From contig JAFDLS010000001.1 in NCBI GenBank assembly GCA_019306365.1, forward strand, positions 1 through 60,029: a stretch of 60,029 bases of DNA, written 5' to 3'. Every line of letters starts with the position of its first letter. The stretch's first letter is position 1. This document shows, piece after piece, positions 38,101 through 47,057 of the stretch. This stretch comes from Deltaproteobacteria bacterium. GTDB lineage: Bacteria; Desulfobacterota; Desulfarculia; Adiutricales; JAFDHD01. The notes below the pieces were generated by a model, which worked only from the letters and a program-made list of their open reading frames with translations, was not told where the DNA came from and ran no database searches. The translations under genes were made by a program, and so were the position numbers.

Positions 38101-38625
38101 GAAATGAATGATGGGGTCAAGGTTCGCCTGGGAGGAATCATTGTCCAGATAGATCTCATTAACACCAAAAAAGGCGATCGAATGGCCTTTGTCACCCTGG
38201 AGGACATGGTTGGACAGGTGGAGATACTGGTCTTTCCGGAAATCTATCAGGCCAGCACCCAGTACCTGGAACAGGACCGGCCGCTTCTGGTGATAGGGGA
38301 ACTGACCACCGATGAAAAAGGGGCCGCCTCCATCAATAAAATCATCGCCAAGGAAATCCTGCCCATAGAAACAGCTGCGGCTAAATTGGTTCGTGAAGTT
38401 AACCTGACCATATCCGCGTCTTCAGAGGATCAGGCGCCCTTGCTAAAGCTCAAGGACATTCTTAATCGCTATCGAGGAGAGACGCAGGTGATTCTCAAGC
38501 TTCAAGTTCCAGGTCAGGGAACTGCTGTTTTCAGCCTGGAGCAGCGGGTGCAGCCAAACCTTGCCCTCCTTCGGGAAGCTCAGGAAGCCTTTGGGGACTC
38601 CAGCGTGGAATTTCATTATACATAG
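35155..38625 (+). CDS. dnaE: DNA polymerase III alpha subunit
   Basis: About 1156 aa with the PHP domain FIHLHVHTAYSLLDG, a polymerase core and an OB-fold tail. The ATG at 35155 is preferred over the tracked GTG at 35143. Confidence 0.95.
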   Translation: MSSFIHLHVHTAYSLLDGAIRIDDLIARTKEFGMNAVSITDHGNMFGVLNFYEKAYQAEIKPIIGCEVYVTPLDRHRREQRDPRYHLVLLARNYQGYKNLVRLVTIANLEGFYYKPRVDFEVLRKYNKGLIALSACLQGQVPNLILSGQEEKALRAAQDLAQIFEDRFYLELQKRPSPDQEIANKGLCRIAGELDLPLVATNDCHYLRREDAKAHDILLCIQTGKTVEDRDRMSFDSEEYYFKSPDEMADLFADFPEALANTQRIADECNLEIHKGGYHFPIFPVNEGEDLETLLRKKAELGLKKRIEYLRQTRPLDEAEEKKYHDRLQMELEIIIRMKFPGYFLIVADFINYARENNVPVGPGRGSAAGSLVAYSLGITDIDPLPYGLLFERFLNVERVSMPDIDIDFCKNGREKVIQYVSEKYGGPQNVAQIITFGQMQARAVIRDVGRAMGMPYGEVDRIAKLIPNRLNITLAEAVKDPKLKEVIQQENRVAQLIEIARSLEGLPRHASTHAAGLVISDRPLVEYLPLYCVASNHGENQDKIVVTQFDMHGVEKIGLVKFDFLGLKTLTIIDYTLEMLKARGINLDISSLDMDDQLTYDLLCSGDTTGIFQLESSGMRDLIVKLRPNCFEDVIALVAIYRPGPLESGMVNSFIAGKHGQVEVEYELQELEPILKSTYGVILYQEQVMQIASSLANYTLGEADLLRRAMGKKKPKEMEWQRGRFMEGIKANGIDPKKGTKIFDLMAKFAGYGFNKSHSAAYALIAFQTAYLKAHYPLEFMAALLNNEVNNTDKLSRLISECKAKNLVILPPDINQSDLNFTVNEGKIRFGLAAIKGLGQAAIEAIIEARAEGPFKDLFDTCQRVDLRKVNRKVFETLIKCGAFDSTGVKRSQMAALQDEALEQGARVQRDRESGQTNLFDTIESGVEEIPIRWPDVPEWRETQRLSYEKEALNFYISGHPLDRFEKELAALTNTDTQRIQEMNDGVKVRLGGIIVQIDLINTKKGDRMAFVTLEDMVGQVEILVFPEIYQASTQYLEQDRPLLVIGELTTDEKGAASINKIIAKEILPIETAAAKLVREVNLTISASSEDQAPLLKLKDILNRYRGETQVILKLQVPGQGTAVFSLEQRVQPNLALLREAQEAFGDSSVEFHYT

Positions 38626-38661
38626 AGCCCGCCAGCCAGCCTCAAACAGGTAAATCTTTTC

Positions 38662-39402
38662 ATGAATATTCATGAAAAAAAAGATAAGGCTATCTACCGC
38701 CATAAAATTCGATCCAGCGGCTTGGACAGTTTTCGGGTTCAGGTGGAGCAGACGGATCTTTTCATCCGGGCTGAAAGAGACCTGTCGATTGAAGCCCTGG
38801 AGCTGGTCATTCTTGGTCGAAAACGGATTACAGACTGGGCCGAAAACCACCCCTTCTTTTTAACCAGCCTGAAACCTCTTCCGGAAGACCCGCTGGCCCC
38901 CTCGCCGGTTAAAGAGATGCAGCATGCCGGCCGAATCGCCGGGGTAGGGCCTATGGCCGCCGTTGCCGGCGGTCTGGCTGAATTTGTTGGACTGGGGTTA
39001 CTGCGTCTGTCACCCAAAGGCGTTATTGTTGAAAACGGCGGGGATATTTTTATCTCCGCCGCAAGCGAAATCGTGGTCGGTCTGTTCGCCGGAGATGCAT
39101 CCGTGTCTTTGAGTTTAGGCCTGGTGGTTTCCCCGGACGAAAACCCCTCGGGAATCTGCACTTCATCCAGTACAGTCGGTCATTCTCTGAGTCTTGGGAA
39201 AACAGACGCGGCGACAGTTAAGGCCGATTCAGCAGCCCTGGCAGACGCCGTGGCCACCGCCCTGGGAAATCGGGTGAAGCGAATTCAGGATATTGAACCC
39301 GCTTTGAACTGGGCAGTATCTTTGGCCGGAGTTCACGGCGCGGCTGTGGTACTTGGCGATAAAATCGGACTCCTGGGAGACCTTAACCTAGTTCAAATTT
39401 GA
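38662..39402 (+). CDS. UPF0280 family protein (ApbE-like fold)
   Basis: 246 aa. The segments GVGPMAAVAGGLAEFVG and ENGGDIF match my recollection of the UPF0280 family. Confidence 0.6.
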   Translation: MNIHEKKDKAIYRHKIRSSGLDSFRVQVEQTDLFIRAERDLSIEALELVILGRKRITDWAENHPFFLTSLKPLPEDPLAPSPVKEMQHAGRIAGVGPMAAVAGGLAEFVGLGLLRLSPKGVIVENGGDIFISAASEIVVGLFAGDASVSLSLGLVVSPDENPSGICTSSSTVGHSLSLGKTDAATVKADSAALADAVATALGNRVKRIQDIEPALNWAVSLAGVHGAAVVLGDKIGLLGDLNLVQI

Positions 39403-39517
39403 GCCTAAATCCTGCCTTTATTAACAACGCCGGTTTTATAAAATATAACCTTTCCTTTCCCCGGAAAAAGATAAAAACCTCAGTAGTAATTACCGCATAA
39501 CAGAGAAAATACACCTT

Positions 39518-39553
39518 GAGACCTCTGCAAAAACACTAATTTTGAGATAGCTT
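39518..39553 (+). repeat. 36 bp chimeric mini-element: MITE-A left terminus joined to MITE-A2 right terminus
   Basis: GAGACCTCTGCAAAA followed directly by ACACTAATTTTGAGATAGCTT. Compare the A2 right end ACACTAATTTTGAGATGGCTT at 28001-28021. Confidence 0.6.
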
Positions 39554-39689
39554 TTAACTGAATGACCTATCCCTTGACATCTTCTGTTTTTTGCCACCAC
39601 TTCAAACGGAAAATTTTTTTGGCAATCACACAGTGCCTTGAACATTTAAAAAGACTTGTTTTACCCTGACCCTATTTGGTAAGGTATTC

Positions 39690-39805
39690 AGAGCGTTTGT
39701 TAAAAATATGTTCCGTTTAGCCTTGGGCTAGGAGAAGATTTAGTTTCGGCCATTATCGTAAGCCACCTTACGAAAAACGCCAAAACATCATGTAGTTTCC
39801 ATTTG
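39690..39805 (+). repeat. repeat family B, copy 2 (about 116 nt)
   Basis: It aligns with the reverse complement of 1054-1168 and contains the hairpin CGTAAG-CCAC-CTTACG. Confidence 0.6.
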
Positions 39806-39836
39806 TTATATCATGGCAGCCGCTGTTACAGCCTTG

Positions 39837-39879
39837 ATTTACCTTAGTAATCAAACGGAACGTAATTCTGGTAACTACT
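39837..39879 (+). repeat. repeat module C, copy 2
   Basis: ATTTACCTTAGTAATCAAACGGAACGTAATTCTGGTAACTACT aligns with 30884-30926. Confidence 0.5.
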
Positions 39880-39921
39880 ATAATTAGTTTAGCAAGCTCA
39901 TTACGGAGGATTTACGAGCGT

Positions 39922-40401
39922 ATGAAGATAGGCGTTATGTCCGATACACACTTGAGACAGATTACGGACGAGCTTAAAAAAGTTGTCGAAAGGCTATTCA
40001 GCGACACTGACATAATCCTTCATGCCGGTGATATTGTTTCACCGGTTGTACTTCAATACCTGAAAACGGCAAACGTGATTGCCGTGTCCGGGAACATGGA
40101 TCATTATGAAACGAGCCAGGCCCTCCCGTACAAACGGATTATCGAGGCCGGACCTTTTAAAATTGGGCTGATTCATGGCTGGGGTTCTCCGTATGGATTG
40201 GCTCAAAAATTAAGGAAAGAGTTCGATAAGATAGACTGCCTGGTTTTTGGGCACAGCCACCAGCCATTAAATTCATGGGTTGGTTCGGAGCTTTACTTCA
40301 ACCCCGGATCAATGACCCTTGGAAAACGTGACCAAAAACGGTCTGTAGGTACGCTGCATATTAACAAAACAATACAGGGCGAGATAATCACTCTGGATTA
40401 G
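39922..40401 (+). CDS. YfcE/MJ0936-family metallophosphoesterase
   Basis: 159 aa with MKIGVMSDTH, GD, GN.D and GHSH motifs. Confidence 0.8.
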   Translation: MKIGVMSDTHLRQITDELKKVVERLFSDTDIILHAGDIVSPVVLQYLKTANVIAVSGNMDHYETSQALPYKRIIEAGPFKIGLIHGWGSPYGLAQKLRKEFDKIDCLVFGHSHQPLNSWVGSELYFNPGSMTLGKRDQKRSVGTLHINKTIQGEIITLD

Positions 40402-40411
40402 GAGCAAATTG

Positions 40412-40915
40412 ATGAAGAACCTCTGGGCCCCATGGCGTATGACCTATATTACCGGCGCTGATAAGCAAGTGGCGTCAGGTGACTGTATCTTTTGTGCGGA
40501 CAAGAACCACGAGGGACCGGACAAGACCCGCCTAATACTTTATGCCGGACGTCTTTCCATAGCCATGATGAATCGTTATCCTTACACTAACGGTCACCTT
40601 CTGGCCGCTCCCCGCCGCCATGTACCTGAACTTTCCGACCTGAGTGAGGAGGAGATGAGCGACCTGCTCGGTCTTGTACGTTCGAGCATTGATATAATGC
40701 GCCAGAACATGAGCCCTGACGGTTTCAACGTGGGGCTGAACCTGGGGCGAGTGGCTGGAGCCGGGGTGAAGGATCATCTGCACTTTCATGTTGTGCCTCG
40801 GTGGAACGGAGACACTAACTTCATGACCGTATTTGCCGACGTGCGGGTTATCCCGGAACACCTGGAAGCCTCATTTGACCGTCTGGTCAAGTACTTTTCG
40901 GAATTGCCCAAGTAA
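40412..40915 (+). CDS. HIT family protein (Ap4A phosphorylase/GalT-like branch)
   Basis: Histidine triad HLHFHVVPRW. The ATG at 40412 lies 7 nt after AGGAG. Confidence 0.8.
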   Translation: MKNLWAPWRMTYITGADKQVASGDCIFCADKNHEGPDKTRLILYAGRLSIAMMNRYPYTNGHLLAAPRRHVPELSDLSEEEMSDLLGLVRSSIDIMRQNMSPDGFNVGLNLGRVAGAGVKDHLHFHVVPRWNGDTNFMTVFADVRVIPEHLEASFDRLVKYFSELPK

Positions 40916-40917
40916 AA

Positions 40918-41277
40918 TTGAAAACGCTTAAATCGATAATTATCAGCCTGACCGTCATCATTCTGGTGGTTCTTATTATCCAGAACCTGGCTGTTTTAAC
41001 CAAGGGAGAAGTTTTTAGAATCAACCTTATATTTGCTTCTTTGAAAACCCCCCCGCTTCAAATCTATCTTCTCCTCGCTGTCTTCTTTGTTCTTGGTTTC
41101 GCCCTGGCTTACGTAACCGGTTTCATGCAGCGCCGCCGTTTGAAAAAAAACATCAAAGAACTCAACCGATCTCAGGCACAGGCCGAAAAAGAATTGAATT
41201 CGCTCCGAAACCTTCCCATCACTGGACCCAAAAACGGGTTAGAAAAAACCCAGGCCCCTGAGCAAGCCGAAGAGTAA
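40918..41277 (+). CDS. lapA: LapA-family (DUF1049) inner-membrane protein
   Basis: 119 aa with two TM helices and a charged tail. It lies directly upstream of a LapB-like gene. TTG start. Confidence 0.6.
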   Translation: MKTLKSIIISLTVIILVVLIIQNLAVLTKGEVFRINLIFASLKTPPLQIYLLLAVFFVLGFALAYVTGFMQRRRLKKNIKELNRSQAQAEKELNSLRNLPITGPKNGLEKTQAPEQAEE

Positions 41278-41281
41278 GGCC

Positions 41282-42577
41282 ATGTGGGAACAGCATTTTG
41301 AATTCATGAATATCAAGATAACCATGTATCAGCTGATGCTGCTGGTGGCCATAGTTTCCCTCATTCTGGGCTACTTCTTAGCCTTTCTGCCAAAACGCGC
41401 TGGCCGGGGGGACTATCCGAAGCAGAGTGTTGAAAAAGAACGTATAATCTCGAACGCGGCTTTTATGAAGGGTTTGAATTACATCCTCTCAGATAAAAGG
41501 GACGAGGCCATAGAGGAATTCAGCCGCGCCGTGGCCCAGGACACCCAAACCGTGGAAAGTTACATGGCTCTGGGCAACCTCTTTAGAAGCAAGGGGGAAT
41601 TCGAGCGGGCCATTCGCATTCGTCAGAGTCTCATCCTCCGCCCTCACCTGGACGCAAAAATCAAGCTTCAGGCCCTTTATGATCTGGGACTGGATTATCG
41701 CATGGCCGGGCTCTTCGACCGCGCGATCAAATCTTTCAATGACGTGCTCGCTGAAGATTCCGGACATGCTGAAGCTTACCGTCAACTGGTTCAGATTTAC
41801 GAGGAAACACGTGACTGGAAGCAGGCCTTCCAGACTTGGCAAAAACTGGCCAAACTCACTGGGAACGAGCCAAAAAACGTGATGGCGCATTACCATGTTG
41901 AAATGGGCAAGGTCCACTTTGAAAAAGGTGAATTGTCTCCGGCCCGGGGAGCTTATAAAAAGGCCCTCTCCCTTGACTCCAGCTGCGTGGACGCCTACCT
42001 GCATCTGGGTGACCTGCTGCTCAAGGACAAAAAGCCTAAAAAAGCCATTAACGTCTGGCGTAAGATCATTGAAGTCGCTCCTGAAATGACCTTTTTGGTT
42101 TTTGGGCGCTTGGCTCGCGTATACAGTGAGCTTGCCGACCTTAAACCTGTTGAGGATTTCCTGAACGAGTGCGCGGCCAAGGAGAAAGACCCGCTGGCCC
42201 GGCTGGCGCTGGGACGGATGTTTCTGGAAAGCGGGAATCAGCCGCGAGCCCTGGATGAATTCCGAAAAGCCCTTGAACTCGATTCGGGTCTCCTGGAAAT
42301 TCATCGCGAGTTGGGTCTGCTTTTGTTATCTCTGGAGAACGCGGATGAAACACTTGAAGCTTACCGGGATCTCCTGGATCATTTAACTCCTCTGGGAGCC
42401 GATTTTCAATGCGCTAAATGCGGGTTCGAATCACAAAAATTAATGTGGCGCTGCCTCCAGTGTCAGGAATGGGACACCATGGCCTTGCACCGCCGTAAAC
42501 CCGTTCTTCTTTCCCTGAAAAAATCCGATTCAGAGGTTGTGCCTAATTCCGAAAAAAATCAAGGAGACCGTTCCTGA
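41282..42577 (+). CDS. lapB: lipopolysaccharide assembly protein LapB/YciM (TPR plus rubredoxin-like zinc finger)
   Basis: 431 aa with an N-terminal TM helix, TPR repeats and the C-terminal CAKCGF...WRCLQCQEWDT. The exact start among three nearby Met codons is uncertain. Confidence 0.75.
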   Translation: MWEQHFEFMNIKITMYQLMLLVAIVSLILGYFLAFLPKRAGRGDYPKQSVEKERIISNAAFMKGLNYILSDKRDEAIEEFSRAVAQDTQTVESYMALGNLFRSKGEFERAIRIRQSLILRPHLDAKIKLQALYDLGLDYRMAGLFDRAIKSFNDVLAEDSGHAEAYRQLVQIYEETRDWKQAFQTWQKLAKLTGNEPKNVMAHYHVEMGKVHFEKGELSPARGAYKKALSLDSSCVDAYLHLGDLLLKDKKPKKAINVWRKIIEVAPEMTFLVFGRLARVYSELADLKPVEDFLNECAAKEKDPLARLALGRMFLESGNQPRALDEFRKALELDSGLLEIHRELGLLLLSLENADETLEAYRDLLDHLTPLGADFQCAKCGFESQKLMWRCLQCQEWDTMALHRRKPVLLSLKKSDSEVVPNSEKNQGDRS

Positions 42578-42584
42578 AATCGAC

Positions 42585-45191
42585 ATGTCCAAACTTACAC
42601 CCATGCTCAAGCAGTACTTTGAGATCAAGGAAAAGTATCCCGAGGCTATTCTTTTTTTTCGCATGGGTGATTTCTATGAGATGTTTTTCGAGGACGCCGT
42701 CAAGGTTGCCCCGTTATTAGAAATTACTTTAACTTCCCGCTCTAAATATCATAATCAAGACATTCCTATGTGTGGAGTGCCGTATCACTCGGTGGAGCCC
42801 TATATCGCCAAACTTATCAAGGCCGGCCTCAAAGTCGCCGTCTGCGATCAAATTGAAGACCCCCGAACGGCCAAGGGGATTGTGGCGCGGAAGGTAACAA
42901 GAGTTGTGACGCCGGGCATGGTTATCAGCCCGGAGATAGAGGATCCGAAATCACCCCTTTACCTGGCCGCTTTGACCGCAAAAGACAAAGAACAGTTTGG
43001 CCTGGCGGTTTTGGAAGTCAGTACCGGTGATTTCATACTAACCGAGATAAATGGCGAGCAGGCGCTTATTTCCGAATTATCAAGGCTTGCGCCGGCGGAA
43101 ACGCTTATCAGTGAAAATGCTCCTGGGGATCTGGCTGACCTCCTCAAGGAAATGTCCCTGTATCACACTGTTTTTGAGGAGGCCGCTTTCGAGTATTCAC
43201 GGGCTCGGTCGGTGCTGATAAACCATTTTGGCGAATATGCCCTGGCCGGTTTTGGTGTGGAAGACATGCCGTTGGGCTTAACCGCGGCCGGAGCGGCCCT
43301 GCTTTACGCTGAAGAGAACCAGGAGCAAAATCTTGAACATGTTGATCGGCTGAGGTGCTATCGCCTCCAGGAATACATGGTGCTGGACGAAATAGCCAGA
43401 AGAAACCTGGAACTGTTTACCAACCTTCGAGATAACTCTCGACCCGGTTCCCTGGTCAGCCTGATCGACCTCACGGTCACGGCCATGGGCAGCCGTAAGC
43501 TCAGAGAATGGATAAGCTATCCTTTACGGAATCGAACCCAGATAGCCGAGCGGCATGAGTCTGTTGAGATGCTGGCCTTGGACGGGTTGCGGCGTTCTGA
43601 TTTACGTGAAATCTTAAACGGCGTTTACGACCTTGAAAGGCTTACCGGGCGCATATCCCTGAACCGCGCCAATCCAAGAGACTTGATTACCTTGAAAGAA
43701 AGTCTCCGCCGTCTGCCTCAGATCAAGTCCCTGCTTTTGGAACTGAACGAGGGCCAGCTCCGCGATTTTGGCTGGAAGCTGGATGAATTAACCGATATAG
43801 CCGACCTGATCGAAAAGGCGCTTAATGATAATCCTCCACTCACCCTCAAGGACGGCGGGGTCATTCGGCCGGGGTATAATCCTGAGCTTGATGAGCTTAT
43901 CTCAATCATGTCCGATGGAAAAGGCTGGATAGCCCGGATGGAGGCTGAGGAACGCGATCGAACAAACATCTCATCTCTCAAGGTCGGATTCAACAAGGTT
44001 TTCGGGTATTACATCGAGGTCACCCGTTCCAATCTGGATCAGGTCCCGGATAACTACATTCGGCGGCAAACCCTTACCAATGCCGAACGTTTTATAACCC
44101 CGGAACTCAAGGAATGGGAATCCAAGGTCCTCAGCGCTGAAGAAAAGCGTGTTATATTGGAACAGAAGTTCTTTGAAGAACTCCGTCAGGATTTGATGGC
44201 TTACGTCTCACGCCTTAGAGAAACCGCTGATTTAATCGCTGAGATTGACGCCCTGGCCTCACTGGCGGAAGCGGCGATCAAGTATGACTACGTCAGACCG
44301 GAACTTTTGGATGAGGACCGCATAGAAATCGTTGACGGCAGGCACCCGGTTATCGAACGTTCTCTCCCCCAGGGCGCCTTTGTCCCCAATGATATCATTC
44401 TGGATAACGAATCCAACCAGATTTTGATCATTACCGGCCCCAACATGGCTGGAAAATCGACGATCCTGCGCCAGGTTGCCTTAATCGTGCTCCTCAACCA
44501 GATCGGCAGCTTTGTACCGGCGAACCAAGCCATGTTAGGCATTGTTGATCGGATATTCACACGCATCGGGGCCTCTGACGATCTGACTCGCGGCCGTTCA
44601 ACATTTATGATCGAGATGAATGAAACAGCGCAAATACTTAACCAGGCCACTAGCAAAAGTCTGGTAATTCTAGACGAGATTGGCAGAGGCACAAGCACTT
44701 TTGATGGCCTTTCCATCGCCTGGGCCGTGGTCGAATTCATGCACGAGCTCGAAGGACACGGCGTTAGAACACTGTTCGCCACGCACTACCACGAACTCGT
44801 CGAGCTGGCCAAAACCCGGTCGCGAGTCAAAAATTATAATGTTTCGGTCAAGCAATGGAGGGACGAGATTATTTTCCTGCGCAAGTTAATTCCGGGCGGA
44901 ACCAGCCATAGTTACGGGCTGGCCGTGGCCCGGCTGGCCGGTCTGCCTTCTGAAATACTTGACAGAGCGGCCGAGATTTTGGAAAATCTGGAACGGGAAG
45001 AGATTGACCTGTCCGGGCTGCCTCGCCCGGTGCGCTCAAACTCAGGGCGTAATCAGGACATTGACCAGTTGTCTCTTTTCACCAAATTAGAAGAAGGCTT
45101 GGCCGATGAGATACAGCGGCTGGACCCAGATACAATGACACCCTTAGAAGCCCTTCAAAAATTGGCTGAACTGAAAAAGATGATCCAATGA
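42585..45191 (+). CDS. mutS: DNA mismatch repair protein MutS
   Basis: MSKLTPMLKQYFEIKEKYPEAILFFRMGDFYEMFFEDA is a canonical MutS N-terminus, with Walker A GPNMAGKST. The tracked start at 42537 is rejected. Confidence 0.95.
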   Translation: MSKLTPMLKQYFEIKEKYPEAILFFRMGDFYEMFFEDAVKVAPLLEITLTSRSKYHNQDIPMCGVPYHSVEPYIAKLIKAGLKVAVCDQIEDPRTAKGIVARKVTRVVTPGMVISPEIEDPKSPLYLAALTAKDKEQFGLAVLEVSTGDFILTEINGEQALISELSRLAPAETLISENAPGDLADLLKEMSLYHTVFEEAAFEYSRARSVLINHFGEYALAGFGVEDMPLGLTAAGAALLYAEENQEQNLEHVDRLRCYRLQEYMVLDEIARRNLELFTNLRDNSRPGSLVSLIDLTVTAMGSRKLREWISYPLRNRTQIAERHESVEMLALDGLRRSDLREILNGVYDLERLTGRISLNRANPRDLITLKESLRRLPQIKSLLLELNEGQLRDFGWKLDELTDIADLIEKALNDNPPLTLKDGGVIRPGYNPELDELISIMSDGKGWIARMEAEERDRTNISSLKVGFNKVFGYYIEVTRSNLDQVPDNYIRRQTLTNAERFITPELKEWESKVLSAEEKRVILEQKFFEELRQDLMAYVSRLRETADLIAEIDALASLAEAAIKYDYVRPELLDEDRIEIVDGRHPVIERSLPQGAFVPNDIILDNESNQILIITGPNMAGKSTILRQVALIVLLNQIGSFVPANQAMLGIVDRIFTRIGASDDLTRGRSTFMIEMNETAQILNQATSKSLVILDEIGRGTSTFDGLSIAWAVVEFMHELEGHGVRTLFATHYHELVELAKTRSRVKNYNVSVKQWRDEIIFLRKLIPGGTSHSYGLAVARLAGLPSEILDRAAEILENLEREEIDLSGLPRPVRSNSGRNQDIDQLSLFTKLEEGLADEIQRLDPDTMTPLEALQKLAELKKMIQ

Positions 45192-46957
45192 ATCGACGTT
45201 TGAAATACTTACTCGTTTCCTTATTGTCTCTGGTTATCATCGTCTCGTGGTTCCAATCAGCCGGAGCCGCCTCAAATGAAGTGCTTTTCAAATATGCCGA
45301 GCAGGCCAAAATCAAACTCGAAAAGAATAAAAAGGCTCAGGCGTATCGGCACAACTGGCTCAACGTAATAGATCGCTACAAACGAGTCCTTAAAAAAAGC
45401 CCTACCAGCAAACGGGCCAGGCAGTCACTTCTGGCTATTGGCGACCTATATTTAGGGCTGTATAAAAGATCCATGCTGACAGCGGATCTGAACGAGGCAA
45501 TGGACTACTATCGCCGTTTGACAAAGCGTTTTCCTCGGGAGCCTTTAGCCGCCGAAGCTCAGGTCAAAATCGGACAGATTTACTATCTCCATAAGAAGGA
45601 TAAGGACCGAGCTTACGTGGAATTCTTAAAGGTTGAGCTCAACCATCCCAAGAGTAATCAGGTCGTTGAAGCCCAGAAGTGGATGGCCAAAATATCGGGG
45701 ATGCCGATTCCCAAGACGGTGACACAAGAATCCGCCGTCCTGAGAGGCGCCAAAGCGATGGTAAAAAGCATACGCCACTGGTCCACGCCTTCTTACACCC
45801 GCGTGGTCATCGATCTGGATCAAGTTACAAAATTCAAGGATCATCTATTAAGGCCGGATCCTAAACAAAATAAGCCAATGCGCCTCTATCTTGACCTGAA
45901 GCCTTCCAAAATCGATCCTAAAATCAAGGAAGTAGTACCCATCGCCAACCGGCTCCTCAGGCAGGTGCGAATCGCTCAACACGACTCAAAAACTGTTCGG
46001 GTCGTTCTTGATATTGGCAACATAGAAACCTATCGTATCTTTGCCTTGAGCAATCCCTTTCGTATAGTGGTTGACGTAACCGGGAGGCCGAAAGAGCAGG
46101 CTGTGGCCAAGGCAGGACAAAAACCTTCTTCAAAGCACGAATCAAAGACCTCCTCAATAGCCGAACCGTTAACCGACCTCAAGGAAACAGCCAGTAAGCG
46201 AAAAAAGCTCCCGCGCGGTCAGGCCAAAGAGTATCCTGACCAGGCTTCCCTGGCCAGGCAACTGGGTCTTGGAGTGAAAAAAATAGTTATTGACCCCGGC
46301 CACGGAGGTAAGGATTGCGGTGCGACAGGTGTCACGGGATTGCGTGAAAAAGACCTGACTCTGAGGGTCGCCAAAATGCTGGCGAAAAAGATAAAAAAAG
46401 ATTTAGGGATCGAGTGCATTCTAACCAGAACAAAAGATGTTTTTCTGCCTCTGGAAGAGCGGACGGCTATAGCCAACACCGTCGGGGCGGATTTGTTTAT
46501 TTCCATACACGCTAACGCCCATAGGGATAGAAGAATTCATGGCATTGAAACATATTTTCTCAATCTAGCCACGGATGAAGAAGCTATGCGGGTGGCGGCC
46601 CGAGAAAACGCGACTTCAACTAAAAACATGAGTGATCTGGAATTAATCCTGAATGACCTTATGCTAAACTCAAAAATAACGGAATCCAGTTACCTGGCTA
46701 AAGAAATTCAGATCCGAATGGTTAAAAGCCTTGAGACGAAATATAAAAACGTCAAAAATATGGGTGTCAAGCAGGCCCCGTTTTATGTACTAATTGGAGC
46801 CAACATGCCTTCCATCCTGCTGGAACTGGCCTTCATCAGTAACAAAACAGACGAAAACCGCATGCGCAATCAACACTATCTGAACTGGATGTCTAAAGGT
46901 ATTGTGGAAGGTATAAAGAATTATACCAAGTCAGTTAAAACGGCCGGGATGAAGTAA
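45188..46957 (+). CDS. N-acetylmuramoyl-L-alanine amidase with N-terminal TPR-like and AMIN-like regions
   Basis: 589 aa with a signal peptide and a C-terminal Amidase_3 domain (IVIDPGHGGKD, SIHANA, LLELAFISN). Confidence 0.85.
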   Translation: MNRRLKYLLVSLLSLVIIVSWFQSAGAASNEVLFKYAEQAKIKLEKNKKAQAYRHNWLNVIDRYKRVLKKSPTSKRARQSLLAIGDLYLGLYKRSMLTADLNEAMDYYRRLTKRFPREPLAAEAQVKIGQIYYLHKKDKDRAYVEFLKVELNHPKSNQVVEAQKWMAKISGMPIPKTVTQESAVLRGAKAMVKSIRHWSTPSYTRVVIDLDQVTKFKDHLLRPDPKQNKPMRLYLDLKPSKIDPKIKEVVPIANRLLRQVRIAQHDSKTVRVVLDIGNIETYRIFALSNPFRIVVDVTGRPKEQAVAKAGQKPSSKHESKTSSIAEPLTDLKETASKRKKLPRGQAKEYPDQASLARQLGLGVKKIVIDPGHGGKDCGATGVTGLREKDLTLRVAKMLAKKIKKDLGIECILTRTKDVFLPLEERTAIANTVGADLFISIHANAHRDRRIHGIETYFLNLATDEEAMRVAARENATSTKNMSDLELILNDLMLNSKITESSYLAKEIQIRMVKSLETKYKNVKNMGVKQAPFYVLIGANMPSILLELAFISNKTDENRMRNQHYLNWMSKGIVEGIKNYTKSVKTAGMK

Positions 46958-46965
46958 GATTTTCG

Positions 46966-46999
46966 GCGGCTGAGGGAACAAGCCGCTTCTTGCTTTTAT
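46966..46999 (+). terminator. candidate intrinsic terminator after the amidase gene
   Basis: GCGGCT-GAGGGAACA-AGCCGC stem-loop followed by TTCTTGCTTTTATT. Confidence 0.4.
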
Positions 47000-47007
47000 T
47001 CCCCTAC

Positions 47008-47057
47008 TTTTTCGCCTTCCGCGGTTTCAACAAAATTACTGGTTTTGCAGAGATCTC
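47008..47057 (-). mobile_element. truncated MITE-A copy (right-end ~50 bp only)
   Basis: TTTTCGCCTTCCGCGGTTTCAACAAAATTACTGGTTTTGCAGAGATCTC matches the right arm of the 173 bp element. It overlaps the last codons and the stop of prfB. Confidence 0.75.

Noticed and set aside
42421-42432. GGGTTCGAATCA, a tRNA T-arm-like string
   Set aside because: It lies inside the LapB coding frame, in the zinc-finger region, and no acceptor or anticodon arms can be drawn around it.
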